Below, piece by piece: positions 26,432 to 36,958 of a stretch of 64,000 bases of DNA. This DNA is from Candidatus Poribacteria bacterium (GTDB lineage Bacteria > Poribacteria > WGA-4E > WGA-3G). The DNA is taken from the NCBI GenBank assembly GCA_965215265.1, contig OZ244048.1, forward strand, positions 2,944,001 to 3,008,000, read 5' to 3'. The notes beneath the pieces were generated by a model. It ran no database searches. It saw only the letters and a program-made list of their open reading frames with translations, and was not told the origin of the DNA. A program made the position numbers and the translations under genes. Position 1 is the stretch's first letter. Every line of letters starts with the position of its first letter.

Positions 26432-29368
26432 ATGAGCACTTCCAACCCGGTACTTGAACAGTTATTATCCGATTCCCTTGAAGGCGAAGTCCGTTTTGAC
26501 CTGTATTCCAAGGCACTCTATAGTACAGACGCGAGCCTCTACCAGATGCAACCGATCGGCGTTGTTATTCCGAAGCATAAGCAAGACGTTAGCACGACAA
26601 TCCAAATTGCTGCAGCGCACAACGTTCCTATCTTACCGCGAGGGGGTGGCACGAGCCTCGCTGGACAAAGTGTGGGCGAAGCCATCGTCATCGATATGTC
26701 CAAGTACATGAATCAAATTCTTGAGGTGAACGTTGCTGAACGCTGGGCGCGCGTCCAACCCGGCATCGTTCTTGACGAATTGAACCACTCCCTCAAACTG
26801 CACGGCTTGATGTATGCCCCGGATGTCGCCACCAGCAGCCGTGCCAACGTCGGCGGTACTATTGGGAACAACTCTGCCGGGTCACACTCCCTTATCTACG
26901 GCAAAACGATCGACCACGTCATGGCACTTGAGCTCATTCTCGCTAACGCTGATGAGATACATGCTGCCCCAATATCATTCGCCGAATTGACGATGAAACA
27001 GCAAGGAAATTCGCTGGAGGCCAATATCTATCGTGAGCTCTGCCGTATCTGTGAGCACAATCAAGCAGAGATTCAGAAACGCTACCCACGTATTTTGCGG
27101 CGCGTCGCAGGTTATAACCTGGACGAGTTCGTTCCGGATGCTGGTTCAACTTCCGTAACCCCGTACCGCAGAGATGGCTGCGATTCCGAACACCCGTTTA
27201 GCCTCACAAAAATCCTTGTCGGCTCTGAGGGCACACTCGCCACCACCGTTGCAGCAAAAATCAATCTCGTCCCTGTTCCTAAAATGACAGCACTCTGTGT
27301 CGTCCACTTTGAGACACTCGTTGCCTCTATGGAGGCGATGCAAGCGATTCTTGAATGCCAGCCAACGGCGGTTGAACTGATTGACAAAACGATACTTGAT
27401 ATGGCTCGTGGTTCTCTAGAGTTCTCAAGGCACACCACCTTTATTCAAGGTGAACCGGCTGCCCTTTTAGCCGTTGAATTCTACGGGGAGACGGAATCAG
27501 AACTACACGCACACTTACACAGGCTTGAGAAGGCATTAAAACAGGGAAGATTTGGATATGCATTCGTTCGCTGTTTCACCGCGGAGGAAAAGGCACGTGT
27601 CTGGGAAACAAGAAAGGCAGGACTCGGCTTGCTGATGGGCATGAAAGGCGACGCAAAACCGGTCGGTTTCGTAGAAGATGCAGCCGTGCCCATTGAAAAC
27701 TTGCCTGAATATGTCCGCCGTTTTGATGAAATTGTCACAGCACATGATACGACTGCTGCCTACTATGCACATGCCAGTGTCGGGCTTCTCCATAACCGTC
27801 CCATTGTCAATCTCAAATCCGAGGCGGATATCCAGAAAATGCACAATATCGCCCGCGAAGTCCGCGACCTGCTGATGGAACTGGGCGGGGCGATGAGCGG
27901 TGAACATGGCGATGGCCTGGTTCGCAGTGAATGGATTGAGAGCATGTTCGGTCCCCAGATTTATCAGGCACTTCGCGAGGTGAAAAAAGCCTTCGATCCG
28001 GCCGGCATTATGAACCCCGGTAAAATCGTTGATGCCCCGCCTATGACAGAAAATCTACGGTTCGGAACAGCATACAATACGATTAAAATTGATACCTACT
28101 TTGATTTTTCGAGCCAAGACGGTTTTGCAGGTGCGATTGAAATGTGCAACGGGGTCGGTGCATGCCGAAAAACGCTCACCGGTACCATGTGCCCCTCTTT
28201 TATCGGTACCCGAGAAGAAGAACATTCAACGCGTGGACGTGCGAACGTCCTACGTTCGATTATTGCTGGAGACTTGCCACATACAGAATTCACCGGCGAA
28301 CGGCTTCACGAAGTGCTTGATTTGTGTCTCGGTTGTAAAGCATGCAAGGCTGAATGCCCATCTAACGTTGATATGGCGAAAATCAAATACGAGTTCCTTG
28401 CCCACTATCATAAAGCGAATGGGCTGCCGTTGAAGAAACGGCTCTTTGGAGAGATTGCCTCGCTGGCTGTTTTCGGTTCAGCGTTCGCACCTTTTTCCAG
28501 TTGGGCAGTTAATAACACTTTGTCTAGGTGGGTAGCAGAGAAGCTGCTCGGTGTTGACAAACGAAGGCAGATGCCGACTTTTGTTAAACCGACGTTCTCG
28601 CAGTGGTTCCGAAAACGCCGCAGGCCTGTAGTTTCAGAGAAATCGGAGTCAGTGGTGCTTTTTCATGATACGTTTATGAACCACAGTGAACCGTCTATCG
28701 GGAAGGCGGCAGTTGAGGTCCTGGAAGCAGCTGGATGGACAGTCATCCTTCCTGATAAACGGTGTTGCGGCCGTCCGCTTATATCTGAGGGGATGCTCGA
28801 TAGAGCTATTGAAAATGCTCAACACAACATTGAGTGCCTGCACGCCTATGCCGAGGAAGGCATCCCTATCATTGGGTGTGAGCCTAGTTGTACGTCCACC
28901 CTGACCGATGACTACGTTGAACTTATAGGTACACCGGAAGCAAAGCGCGTCGCCGAGGCGACGTGTTCAATTGAGGAATTTATCACACGGATTGCCGAGC
29001 ACGGGAAACTGAACTTCACGGATGAACCACGTGAGATTTTGCTGCACGGCCACTGTCACCAAAGGGCGCTCGTCGGTATCGAACCCGCTGTGCAGATGCT
29101 GAGTTTACCTTATGGAAACGATGTGTCGGTTATTGATTCGAGTTGCTGCGGGATGGCTGGTTCTTTCGGTTATGAAAAGAGGCACTATGAACTCTCTATG
29201 AAGATAGCAGAACTCCGTCTATTTCAAACTATCCGGGAAAAACAGGCAGCGCGCGATATCACGCTCTGCGCGTCCGGATTCTCTTGTAGACATCAGCTTG
29301 AACATGGAACAGGCATTCAGCCGAAGCACCCTATTGAACTGTTGCGTGAGGCACTGCTGCAAGATTGA
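26432..29368 (+). CDS. FAD-binding / Fe-S oxidoreductase (YdiJ-like, D-2-hydroxyacid dehydrogenase family)
   Basis: RGGGTSLAGQ, GSEGTL, SGEHGDG, NPGKI, CNGVGAC, CLGCKACKAECP, CCG, HGHCH. Confidence 0.92.
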   Translation: MSTSNPVLEQLLSDSLEGEVRFDLYSKALYSTDASLYQMQPIGVVIPKHKQDVSTTIQIAAAHNVPILPRGGGTSLAGQSVGEAIVIDMSKYMNQILEVNVAERWARVQPGIVLDELNHSLKLHGLMYAPDVATSSRANVGGTIGNNSAGSHSLIYGKTIDHVMALELILANADEIHAAPISFAELTMKQQGNSLEANIYRELCRICEHNQAEIQKRYPRILRRVAGYNLDEFVPDAGSTSVTPYRRDGCDSEHPFSLTKILVGSEGTLATTVAAKINLVPVPKMTALCVVHFETLVASMEAMQAILECQPTAVELIDKTILDMARGSLEFSRHTTFIQGEPAALLAVEFYGETESELHAHLHRLEKALKQGRFGYAFVRCFTAEEKARVWETRKAGLGLLMGMKGDAKPVGFVEDAAVPIENLPEYVRRFDEIVTAHDTTAAYYAHASVGLLHNRPIVNLKSEADIQKMHNIAREVRDLLMELGGAMSGEHGDGLVRSEWIESMFGPQIYQALREVKKAFDPAGIMNPGKIVDAPPMTENLRFGTAYNTIKIDTYFDFSSQDGFAGAIEMCNGVGACRKTLTGTMCPSFIGTREEEHSTRGRANVLRSIIAGDLPHTEFTGERLHEVLDLCLGCKACKAECPSNVDMAKIKYEFLAHYHKANGLPLKKRLFGEIASLAVFGSAFAPFSSWAVNNTLSRWVAEKLLGVDKRRQMPTFVKPTFSQWFRKRRRPVVSEKSESVVLFHDTFMNHSEPSIGKAAVEVLEAAGWTVILPDKRCCGRPLISEGMLDRAIENAQHNIECLHAYAEEGIPIIGCEPSCTSTLTDDYVELIGTPEAKRVAEATCSIEEFITRIAEHGKLNFTDEPREILLHGHCHQRALVGIEPAVQMLSLPYGNDVSVIDSSCCGMAGSFGYEKRHYELSMKIAELRLFQTIREKQAARDITLCASGFSCRHQLEHGTGIQPKHPIELLREALLQD

Positions 29369-29441
29369 AGTAACGTCTTTCCTGCCGACTACAAGTGGGT
29401 AGCGGGCTGTACAGAAGCATAAGGGCATCAAAAACCAGGTC

Positions 29442-29547
29442 TTTTTGTATATCTCCGTACCATCAACGTTTATGTCATGAGTACTCGTGTGTAAATCTCG
29501 TCGGAGATTCCTTAGGGATAGCATAAAGCGGCTCTGGCGAGATTTTC
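29442..29547 (+). repeat. PR1 repeat copy
   Basis: TTTGTATATCTCCGTACCATCAACG...GTGTAAATCTCGTCGGAGATTCCTTAGG. Confidence 0.85.
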
Positions 29548-29631
29548 ACAGGGTTGTAAATAGCAGCAGCCTTTATTGGGCTGAAATATACGAAAAAACT
29601 GGAAATAGACAAAAGAACTAAGGAGATATCC

Positions 29632-31062
29632 ATGTCCAAGATTTATCAACCGCTTGACGATTTTAAAATCGTCGTGTTACCTGAAAAAAGGTTACCTTTC
29701 TGGAAGATTGCTGGTCCTGGTGCTATTTTAGTCGGGTTGTCTATTGGTGCTGGTGAGATTGTTATCTGGCCTCGTATTGCAGCACAGTATGGGGGCAGCA
29801 TGGTGTGGGCGGCGGTTCTCGGTGTATTTCTCCAGCTCTGGATTAACTTTGAGGTGGGCCGCTGGACGATAGCTACGGGCGAAACTGTGTATACGGGTTA
29901 TAGCCGCATCTGGCGTGGCTTTGCACCTGTGTTCATACTGTTGACTGTGGTGGGCTGGATTGCGCCGGGCTGGGCGCGTGCATCGGGCCTCGCGCTCAAG
30001 GCACTCGTGCTCAAGCACGATGGGTGGGGTTCCGACACTTTTTGGACGATAATCACCTTCGCCGCGGTTGCCCTGATACTATTCGGTCCCAAAATGGTGT
30101 ACCACTCTGTAGAACGAACGGTAGAGTTGCTTGTGGCGATGGTAACGGTAGGACTGATTTTAGTGGCCATTGCGGTGGGTTCGTTAGATACGTGGAAAGA
30201 ATTAGGTTCAGGCTTAATCAACGTTGGTTATAAAGAGCCCGGTATGTCTGTCAAGGCGCTGTTTATTGCGTTGGTATTCGCGGGCGCGGGTGGCACTGCC
30301 AATCTGTTCTATACCTTCTACCTGCGGGATAAAAATATTGGGATGGGCGCGCAATTGCCGGGGCTTCAGAATCCGCTCCGTGGCAGAAGTGAGAAAATTC
30401 CTGCTACGGGATTTCTGTTTGAAGATACGGAAGAGAACCGCAAACGGTTCACAGATTGGTGGCAGTATATAAAACGTGACCAGATGCTCTTCTTTTGGGC
30501 GCTGAACACCTTCACAATCCTGCTCTTCATTTTCGGGGCTCTGGCAGTTTTACATCCAAAAGGGATTGTGCCTGAGTCAGGAACGCTTATCTATGATGAA
30601 GCGAACATCTTAGGTCAAATCTGGGGTGAACCGGGGCGACGTATCTTTCTGCTGGTGGGCGTTGCCACTCTTTTCGGTACGCAACTTGCGCTGGTTGATG
30701 GGGTGTCGCGCTCCATTTCTGATATTATCTACACCAATTTCCGAGGGGCACAACGCCGCCCCTTGAGTTGGTGGTATCTGCTCATCGCCGGTATCTGGAT
30801 TGTCGGCGGCTGTGTCATTACATTTGTGATGGAACAGTTAAATGTCAGCGAATTGGGATTTCTTTTTAACGCCGCGTACATGGGCGGGTTTGCGATGGCA
30901 CTTTATGTACCGCTCACCTTGTATATGAACCGTCGGTTTTTGCCTAATTTTGCAAAGCCTAAAGCACTCTCCACCGTTATGATGTTGCTTGCTTCATGTG
31001 TCTATATTGGGTTCGCAATGTCAAGCATTATTTGGGAAGTAAAAAGATTGATTGGAGGATAA
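29632..31062 (+). CDS. Nramp-like / APC superfamily secondary transporter
   Basis: GPG.I..G.SIG.GE...WP, E.GRWT.ATGE; many TM helices. Confidence 0.8.
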   Translation: MSKIYQPLDDFKIVVLPEKRLPFWKIAGPGAILVGLSIGAGEIVIWPRIAAQYGGSMVWAAVLGVFLQLWINFEVGRWTIATGETVYTGYSRIWRGFAPVFILLTVVGWIAPGWARASGLALKALVLKHDGWGSDTFWTIITFAAVALILFGPKMVYHSVERTVELLVAMVTVGLILVAIAVGSLDTWKELGSGLINVGYKEPGMSVKALFIALVFAGAGGTANLFYTFYLRDKNIGMGAQLPGLQNPLRGRSEKIPATGFLFEDTEENRKRFTDWWQYIKRDQMLFFWALNTFTILLFIFGALAVLHPKGIVPESGTLIYDEANILGQIWGEPGRRIFLLVGVATLFGTQLALVDGVSRSISDIIYTNFRGAQRRPLSWWYLLIAGIWIVGGCVITFVMEQLNVSELGFLFNAAYMGGFAMALYVPLTLYMNRRFLPNFAKPKALSTVMMLLASCVYIGFAMSSIIWEVKRLIGG

Positions 31063-31063
31063 A

Positions 31064-31882
31064 ATGGACCTAAAAACTACAAAATTTTTTTTTGAGAAGG
31101 AAGGCTATCTGGTTGTTGAAAACCTATTGTCGTCTACCGAAGTTGCAACATGCCAAGCCGAAATCCAGCGCATTCATCAGTTCTCCGCAGGACAGGAATC
31201 TAGTTCGGAGAAAGCAGTAGCGGACCTTGCACGCCGGCATGTGCAACGTGAGCCGTTTGCGAAAGACAAGGCTCAGGGCGACAGCCTGCCTGTGCTCCGG
31301 AAAGCCGAAAACACCCGCGAGTACTCTGAAGTCTTCCGGAACTTAGCGCAACATCCGAAACTCATCCAGGTAGTTCAAAATTTAATCGGGACAGATCTGT
31401 TGTTGTTTAGAAGTACGCTGATGTTCAAGCCGGCATTCCATGGCTCCTCGCACGGCTTGCATCAAGACTCAGCTTACTGGCCAATGGAGCCGCCGAATCT
31501 TATCACCGTGAGCATTGCGCTCAACGATGCCACACCAGAAAATGGGTGTTTTAAGGTGATTCCGAGAAGCCATTTGTGGGGTATGCAGGAATGGGGCGGA
31601 ATTGCTCGCCAACAGGACGCAGCATTAACAGACAAACCAGAGGTTGCTAAGCAGCAGATGGACGTGCCACTTACAGCTGGAAGCGCGCTCTTTTTTCATA
31701 GCCTCATGGTGCATGGTTCGGGCCCAAATACTTCACCAAACCCCCGGAATACAGCGCTTTATGCATACTTCTCACCGAACGTCCGGTATGCACCCAATGG
31801 GGGCAAACCGGCGGAACGTACATTCCCTGTTGTTGCTGGCCTCGGAGGTAAAACGGAGTTGACGCTTGTTGCACAAAATTAG
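31064..31882 (+). CDS. phytanoyl-CoA dioxygenase (PhyH) family
   Basis: HQD..YW, ENGC..VIP.SH, HGSGPN....R. Confidence 0.92.
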   Translation: MDLKTTKFFFEKEGYLVVENLLSSTEVATCQAEIQRIHQFSAGQESSSEKAVADLARRHVQREPFAKDKAQGDSLPVLRKAENTREYSEVFRNLAQHPKLIQVVQNLIGTDLLLFRSTLMFKPAFHGSSHGLHQDSAYWPMEPPNLITVSIALNDATPENGCFKVIPRSHLWGMQEWGGIARQQDAALTDKPEVAKQQMDVPLTAGSALFFHSLMVHGSGPNTSPNPRNTALYAYFSPNVRYAPNGGKPAERTFPVVAGLGGKTELTLVAQN

Positions 31883-31921
31883 GAGTTTGCTTTATTCAAA
31901 ACAGATTTTTGTATACAGGAG

Positions 31922-32691
31922 CCCTATCAAGGCGGATGCAATGTTAAAACCCTTAGAAATCTCGCCCGAGCCGCTCTAGGTATCGCCTTTAAAGTCAAAA
32001 CCTAAGGAATCTCAGACGAGATGTACACAGGTATTAACAATACATAATCCTTGATGGGGCAGAGATATACGAAAACCCTATCAAGGCGGATGCAATGTTA
32101 AAACCCTTAGAAATCTCGCCCGAGCCGCTCTAGGTATCGCCTTTAAAGTCAAAATCTAAGGAATCTCAGACGAGATGTACACAGGTATTAACAATACATA
32201 ATCCTTTATGGGGCAGAGATATACGAAAACCCAATCAAGGCGGATGCAATGTTAAAACCCTTAGAAATCTCGCCCGAGCCGCTCTAGGTATCGCCTTTAA
32301 AATCAAAACCTAAGGAATCTCAGACGAGATGTACACAGGCATTAACAATACATAATCCTTGATGGGGCAGAGATATACGAAAACCCAATCAAGGCGGATG
32401 CAATGTTAAAACCCTTAGAAATCCCGCCTGAGCCGCTCTAGGTATCGCCTTTAAAGTCAAAATCTAAGGAATCTCAGACGAGATGCACACAAGCATTAAC
32501 AATACATAATCCTTGATGGGGCAGAGATATACGAAAACCCTATCAAGGCGGATGCAATGTTAAAACCCTTAGAAATCTCGCCTGAGCCGCTCTAGGCATC
32601 GCCTTTAAAGTCAAAACCTAAGGAATCTCAGACGAGATGCACACAAGCATTAACAATACATAATCCTTGATGGGGCAGAGATATACGAAAA
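31922..32691 (-). repeat. tandem array, 5 x 154 bp of PR1 long form
   Basis: Unit starts at 31922, 32076, 32230, 32384, 32538; only a few SNPs between units. Confidence 0.95.
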
Positions 32692-32693
32692 AA

Positions 32694-32751
32694 CGAGATT
32701 TACACACGAGTACTCACGACATAAACGTTGATGGTACGGAGATATACAAAA
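32694..32751 (-). repeat. PR1 copy, near-exact inverted partner of 29445-29502
   Basis: CGAGATTTACACACGAGTACTCACGACATAAACGTTGATGGTACGGAGATATACAAAA. Confidence 0.9.
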
Positions 32752-32753
32752 AT

Positions 32754-33710
32754 ATGAAAAATCCTAACACCACAGACACTTCTGACGAGAAAAATGAGCA
32801 CGGGCTGCTTTCAGAAACACCGGGTGGGACGAAAATCGAACTATCTGACGCGCTGGTTGTTTATGACGAACACGAAGCGACACAGCAGAAGCGAGGCTTC
32901 TTTAGACGTTTAAAACGGAAGAGCATGCCCTCTCGTGAACAATTGGGCCACCTGCTTATGGAGAATATTCAGGCGTTTCCGGAAAAGGAAGCCCGACTGC
33001 TTCGCGCCGTTTTCTCTTTGACAACCATGTCAACGCGCGAAGTGATGGTACCTCTGTCAGAGATTGTTGCGTTGACTTTAAACTCCTCCTCTGCCCAAGT
33101 TCAAGACCTTTATCATAACTTTAACTATCGTTACATACCTATCTACAATGAACGGATTGACTGGTTACTCGGCATTATTAACACTGTTGAAGTACTCTCA
33201 ACCGGGCAGCATTTTTCCGATTTATCGGCGTTCGTTCAGAAAGCGTATTATGTCCCTGAAGTCAAACCTGCTATTGAGTTGATGGACGAGCTGAGACAAG
33301 CGGATCAACCTGTTGCAATTGTGATTAACGAGCATGGGAGTTGTATCGGGTTTGTGGAATTGATTGATATTTTAGAGAAAATTGTGGGCGATATAGCCGA
33401 CAACAGAAAACGCGAGGCACCGAGGGTAGAAAAAATTGGAAAAGGTGTCTGGCAATTGGATGCCCGGGCATCAATTGACGATGTCAATACAGAACTCGGC
33501 ACCGATATTAACACAAGTCAGTGTGATACGATAGGGGGCTTTATACTCATGCTGCTGGGCAAATTGCCGAGCGCAGGTGAAACTGTAGGATATGATGGGT
33601 TTGAATTCAATATAGAGGAAGTCTTTGATTACGGGATTGCTACCATCAAAGCTGTTAAAGGCGGCATTTCAACGCCGTGGAAGAACGGGTTGAGCCGAAA
33701 AGCAAAATGA
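32754..33710 (+). CDS. CBS-pair / CorC-HlyC transporter-associated protein
   Basis: REVMVP, VPE.K, NEHG..G...IDILEKIVGDI.D, DTIGG. Confidence 0.85.
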   Translation: MKNPNTTDTSDEKNEHGLLSETPGGTKIELSDALVVYDEHEATQQKRGFFRRLKRKSMPSREQLGHLLMENIQAFPEKEARLLRAVFSLTTMSTREVMVPLSEIVALTLNSSSAQVQDLYHNFNYRYIPIYNERIDWLLGIINTVEVLSTGQHFSDLSAFVQKAYYVPEVKPAIELMDELRQADQPVAIVINEHGSCIGFVELIDILEKIVGDIADNRKREAPRVEKIGKGVWQLDARASIDDVNTELGTDINTSQCDTIGGFILMLLGKLPSAGETVGYDGFEFNIEEVFDYGIATIKAVKGGISTPWKNGLSRKAK

Positions 33711-33841
33711 AATTGAAACGGCATCGCCGGCACATTTTCAAAAAGAAGAACATCCGCGCATTAATTATCTGGTACCTGATTTTGCTTATTGGTATCATCA
33801 CTCTCGTTTGGAAGATGCCGGCTATTGTTTCACGCCTCTAA
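33707..33841 (+). CDS. 44-aa small membrane protein (MKLKRHRRHIFKKKNIRALIIWYLILLIGIITLVWKMPAIVSRL)
   Basis: ATGA overlap with the upstream stop; basic N-terminus plus one TM helix. Confidence 0.65.
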   Translation: MKLKRHRRHIFKKKNIRALIIWYLILLIGIITLVWKMPAIVSRL

Positions 33842-33988
33842 TACCAAAAAAACGGGGTGTCCGGTAACGCTCTGGAGGTGAAAAACTAGGAATGGGCCGA
33901 AACCGTTTCGGCGGGTCCACGAGATATGACGAAACCGCCACAAACACCAAAGATAGAATGGGATGCACTAACATCAACCGCCCAATAG

Positions 33989-34052
33989 GTGGCAGGTAAA
34001 AGGTAATCTTATCTCTCCTGAAAGGAGCGATAAAGAATACCTATCCTGCCAC
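33989..34052. repeat. hairpin repeat family PR2 (GTGGCAGG...TCTCCT-GAA-AGGAG...CCTGCCAC)
   Basis: Imperfect palindrome; related copies at 36588-36652 and 38196-38260. Confidence 0.85.
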
Positions 34053-34091
34053 TTTATCTACACGTTACCTAAACACTAACACTCTCAAAAT

Positions 34092-35069
34092 ATGAATGTC
34101 GTTCCAAAAGAATTTATCCGCGTTATGCCAGATGCACTCCGCGGCTTCATCCGTGAAGTTTTCCGGAGTGCAGGGACCTCGGCGGATGACGCTGCGCACA
34201 TGGCTCATCTGCTAGTTCTCACGGATCTGCGCGGTGTGTTCAGCCATGGCACGTCCCAAACGCCGGGATATGTCGGTATGATGCTTGATGGCAAAGTCAA
34301 TCCACGTCCGAACGTCCGCTGCGTTGATGATTCCCCGGCGACGGCTGTCTACGATGGCGACGGCGGTATGGGACATTTTGCCTCGTATCAGGCTGCAAAG
34401 GCAGCCGTCAAAAAAGCGAAAGAGATGGGCCTAGGTGCCGCGACGAGCCGGAATCACTTCCACTTTGGGAGTGCTGGCAAGTACTCACGGCTCGCACTTG
34501 AAGCAGATTGCGCCGGGTTTGCGGTCTCTTGCCACCGTTTTCGACACAGCCCGAACGGAGTGATTGCCACCGCAACGGGTGCCTCGCCGATGAGTTTTGC
34601 GATGCCGGCAGGCAACCAGCCGCCGATAGTTATCGATATGGCAACCGGGATTGATGCGAAGCTGCCGTTCGACCAAGCGTTTGAACAGAGTCCTGCAGCC
34701 TTCTTCAAGATGTTGGGGTTGAGTCATGTGAGTCATGCACTCGGGGGAATCATGGCAGGCATCTGGCTATTCGATAAGCCACCGGATCCTCCTACAATCT
34801 GGGAGGGTGCCAATCAAGGGGCTTTCATCGCAGCGATTCACATTGCCCGGTTCCGACCGGTTGACGCGTATAAAGCGGAAATCGATCAACATATCCACGA
34901 TGCACGACAGATGCAACCGGCCCCGGGTTATGACCGAGCGCATCTACCCGGCGGCTTAGAATGGGAGCGCGAACGCGAATGGACTGAAATTGGCATACCG
35001 GTTGGTAAAGCACATCAGGAACAGTTGAAAAGCGTTGCTGAACGAGTTGGCATTCCTCCTCCATTCTAA
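34092..35069 (+). CDS. Ldh_2 family oxidoreductase (ComC/AllD-like)
   Basis: DLRGVFSHG, DGDGGMG, HFG, IDMAT, PG..E. Confidence 0.88.
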   Translation: MNVVPKEFIRVMPDALRGFIREVFRSAGTSADDAAHMAHLLVLTDLRGVFSHGTSQTPGYVGMMLDGKVNPRPNVRCVDDSPATAVYDGDGGMGHFASYQAAKAAVKKAKEMGLGAATSRNHFHFGSAGKYSRLALEADCAGFAVSCHRFRHSPNGVIATATGASPMSFAMPAGNQPPIVIDMATGIDAKLPFDQAFEQSPAAFFKMLGLSHVSHALGGIMAGIWLFDKPPDPPTIWEGANQGAFIAAIHIARFRPVDAYKAEIDQHIHDARQMQPAPGYDRAHLPGGLEWEREREWTEIGIPVGKAHQEQLKSVAERVGIPPPF

Positions 35070-35181
35070 ATGTTGCGAGATAGGTATGGCAGGATAGCCC
35101 CGCCACTCGCAACCCACTGGGCAGCATCCAATTATCTATCTTTACATAAACACTCTCAAATATTGAAAGGAAATTAAAACT

Positions 35182-36519
35182 ATGTACTATTTCAAAACTT
35201 TGTTGGCAGGAGTCGTGCTTTGTCTTTTAACGCTATCTACTGTCTTGTTTGCACAGGATGAACTCATCATTATTTCGCCGCATCCGGAGGGCATTGAAAC
35301 CGAGTTTGGTAAAAATTTTGAGGCCTGGTACCAGGAGCAGACAGGCAGAAGCGTCAAGACTGATTGGCGTGATGTGGGAGGGACTTCTTCCAACTACCGA
35401 TTCATTGAATCGGAATTTAAGCGGGTCCCCGATGGAATCGGGATTGACATTTTCTTTGGCGGTGGAACGGATAGTTACCTTCGGCTTGCAAACAATGAAC
35501 TATTAAGCCCCTACAAGCTGCCTGAAGCACAATTGGAACAAATTCCACAAACATTCTATGGGATTCCAGTCTATGACGCGGCATATCGGTGGTACGGTGC
35601 TGCTTTATCCAGTTTTGGCATCATGTACAATGAGGAGTTACGGACGCTACTTCAACTTCCGGAAGCAAAAAGGTGGGTGGATTTAGGGGATCCGGCGTTG
35701 CTTGGTAAAATTGGTACTGCAGATCCGAGGGAAAGTGGTTCTGCACACATGATGTACGAAATTATCCTTCAAACCCACGGATGGGAAGACGGATTTGCGC
35801 TTCTGACGAAAATTGGTGGAAATATAAAAACATTCTCCGCAGGGGCTAACGCTATTCCGAAAGATGTCGTCACAGGACAAGTCATTTATGGATTGGCCAT
35901 TGATTTTTACGCATACGGTCAGATTGTTGTCGTCGGTGAGGATAAAATTAAATATGTGATGCCCAGTGACGGCACGGTAGTCAATCCGGATGCCATTGCT
36001 ATTCTCAAAGGCGCGCCGAATATGACGGTCGCGCAAAAGTTTTTGGAATTCGTGCTGTCTGAACGTGCACAGAAACTCTGGATGCTTCGCGATACCGATG
36101 CGGAGGGACCCACCTGGAAGGGCGGTTTGAACCGCTCAAGCGTGCTACCAGGGCTCTACGATAAACTCGGAGAAAGAGCTGTCGTTACAAACCCATTTAC
36201 ACTTCCGTTCACCCCCTTTCAATATGACTCAGATAAGGGTGGCACGCGCTGGGATATCATTAACGAACTCTTCGGCGTGCTGATTATTGACTCACACAAA
36301 GACCTGGTTAACGCGTGGAAGGCAATTCGGCAGTGTTCAGATCAGCAAAAGCGTGATGCAGCAATTGCAGCATTTACCCGGATGCCTCTCTCTGAAGAAG
36401 AGGCGATGCAGCTGGCTAAGACTGAATGGAAGAATGCGGTATTCCGCAACCAAAAGATTAAAGAGTGGGGTCAATTCGCCAAGGCGAAGTTCAAGGAAGC
36501 ACGTAATCTGGCGAAATAG
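35182..36519 (+). CDS. ABC transporter extracellular solute-binding protein (Fe3+/AfuA-like)
   Basis: Signal peptide; DIFFGGG, DPRESGS, D.IAILKGAPN..A.KF.EFVLS. Confidence 0.85.
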   Translation: MYYFKTLLAGVVLCLLTLSTVLFAQDELIIISPHPEGIETEFGKNFEAWYQEQTGRSVKTDWRDVGGTSSNYRFIESEFKRVPDGIGIDIFFGGGTDSYLRLANNELLSPYKLPEAQLEQIPQTFYGIPVYDAAYRWYGAALSSFGIMYNEELRTLLQLPEAKRWVDLGDPALLGKIGTADPRESGSAHMMYEIILQTHGWEDGFALLTKIGGNIKTFSAGANAIPKDVVTGQVIYGLAIDFYAYGQIVVVGEDKIKYVMPSDGTVVNPDAIAILKGAPNMTVAQKFLEFVLSERAQKLWMLRDTDAEGPTWKGGLNRSSVLPGLYDKLGERAVVTNPFTLPFTPFQYDSDKGGTRWDIINELFGVLIIDSHKDLVNAWKAIRQCSDQQKRDAAIAAFTRMPLSEEEAMQLAKTEWKNAVFRNQKIKEWGQFAKAKFKEARNLAK

Positions 36520-36529
36520 TTTTTTCGCG

Positions 36530-36685
36530 TTTTTGTATATTTCAGCCCGATAACGCCTGATGTATTGTCAATGACTGTGTAAATCTCGTGGCAGGCTAGG
36601 TATTCTTTGTCTCTCCTGAAAGGAGAGACAAGATAACCTTATACCTGCCATCTATAGATCGGAGATATCTTAGGCATAGCGTAGC
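36530..36685 (+). repeat. 156-bp direct repeat copy 1 (PR1 with nested PR2); identical to 38138-38293
   Basis: Compared base by base. Confidence 0.93.
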
Positions 36686-36694
36686 ATAAAGCGG

Positions 36695-36958
36695 CTTTTT
36701 CGTCTACTAGAGTACCTTCAACGCTTATGCTTTTGATCGCTCGTGTGTAAATCTCGTCGGAGATATCTTAGGTATAGCATAAGGAACCTCCGACGAGATT
36801 TGTAAAGGCGTTAACATTGCAGCAGCCTTTATGGAACTACAGTAGACAAAAAACGAGATTTGTATAGGCCTTATCAAAGCAGCAACCTTTATAGTACTGC
36901 AGTAGACGAAAACACAGGTCATTGCGACATAAGTGATGACGGTACGGAGATATCCAAG
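36695..36958. repeat. cluster of further PR1 copies (one forward, about three reverse)
   Basis: GTGTAAATCTCGTCGGAG forward; CTCCGACGAGATTTG, CGAGATTTG, GGTACGGAGATAT reverse. Confidence 0.75.

Noticed and set aside
31922-32691. Possible CRISPR array
   Set aside because: Whole 154-bp units repeat; no unique spacers and no cas genes
32667-32753. N-terminal RDLHTSTHDINVDGTEIYK shared with ORFs 29219-29524 and 62298-62519 as a protein family
   Set aside because: It is the translation of the PR1 repeat, not a conserved protein
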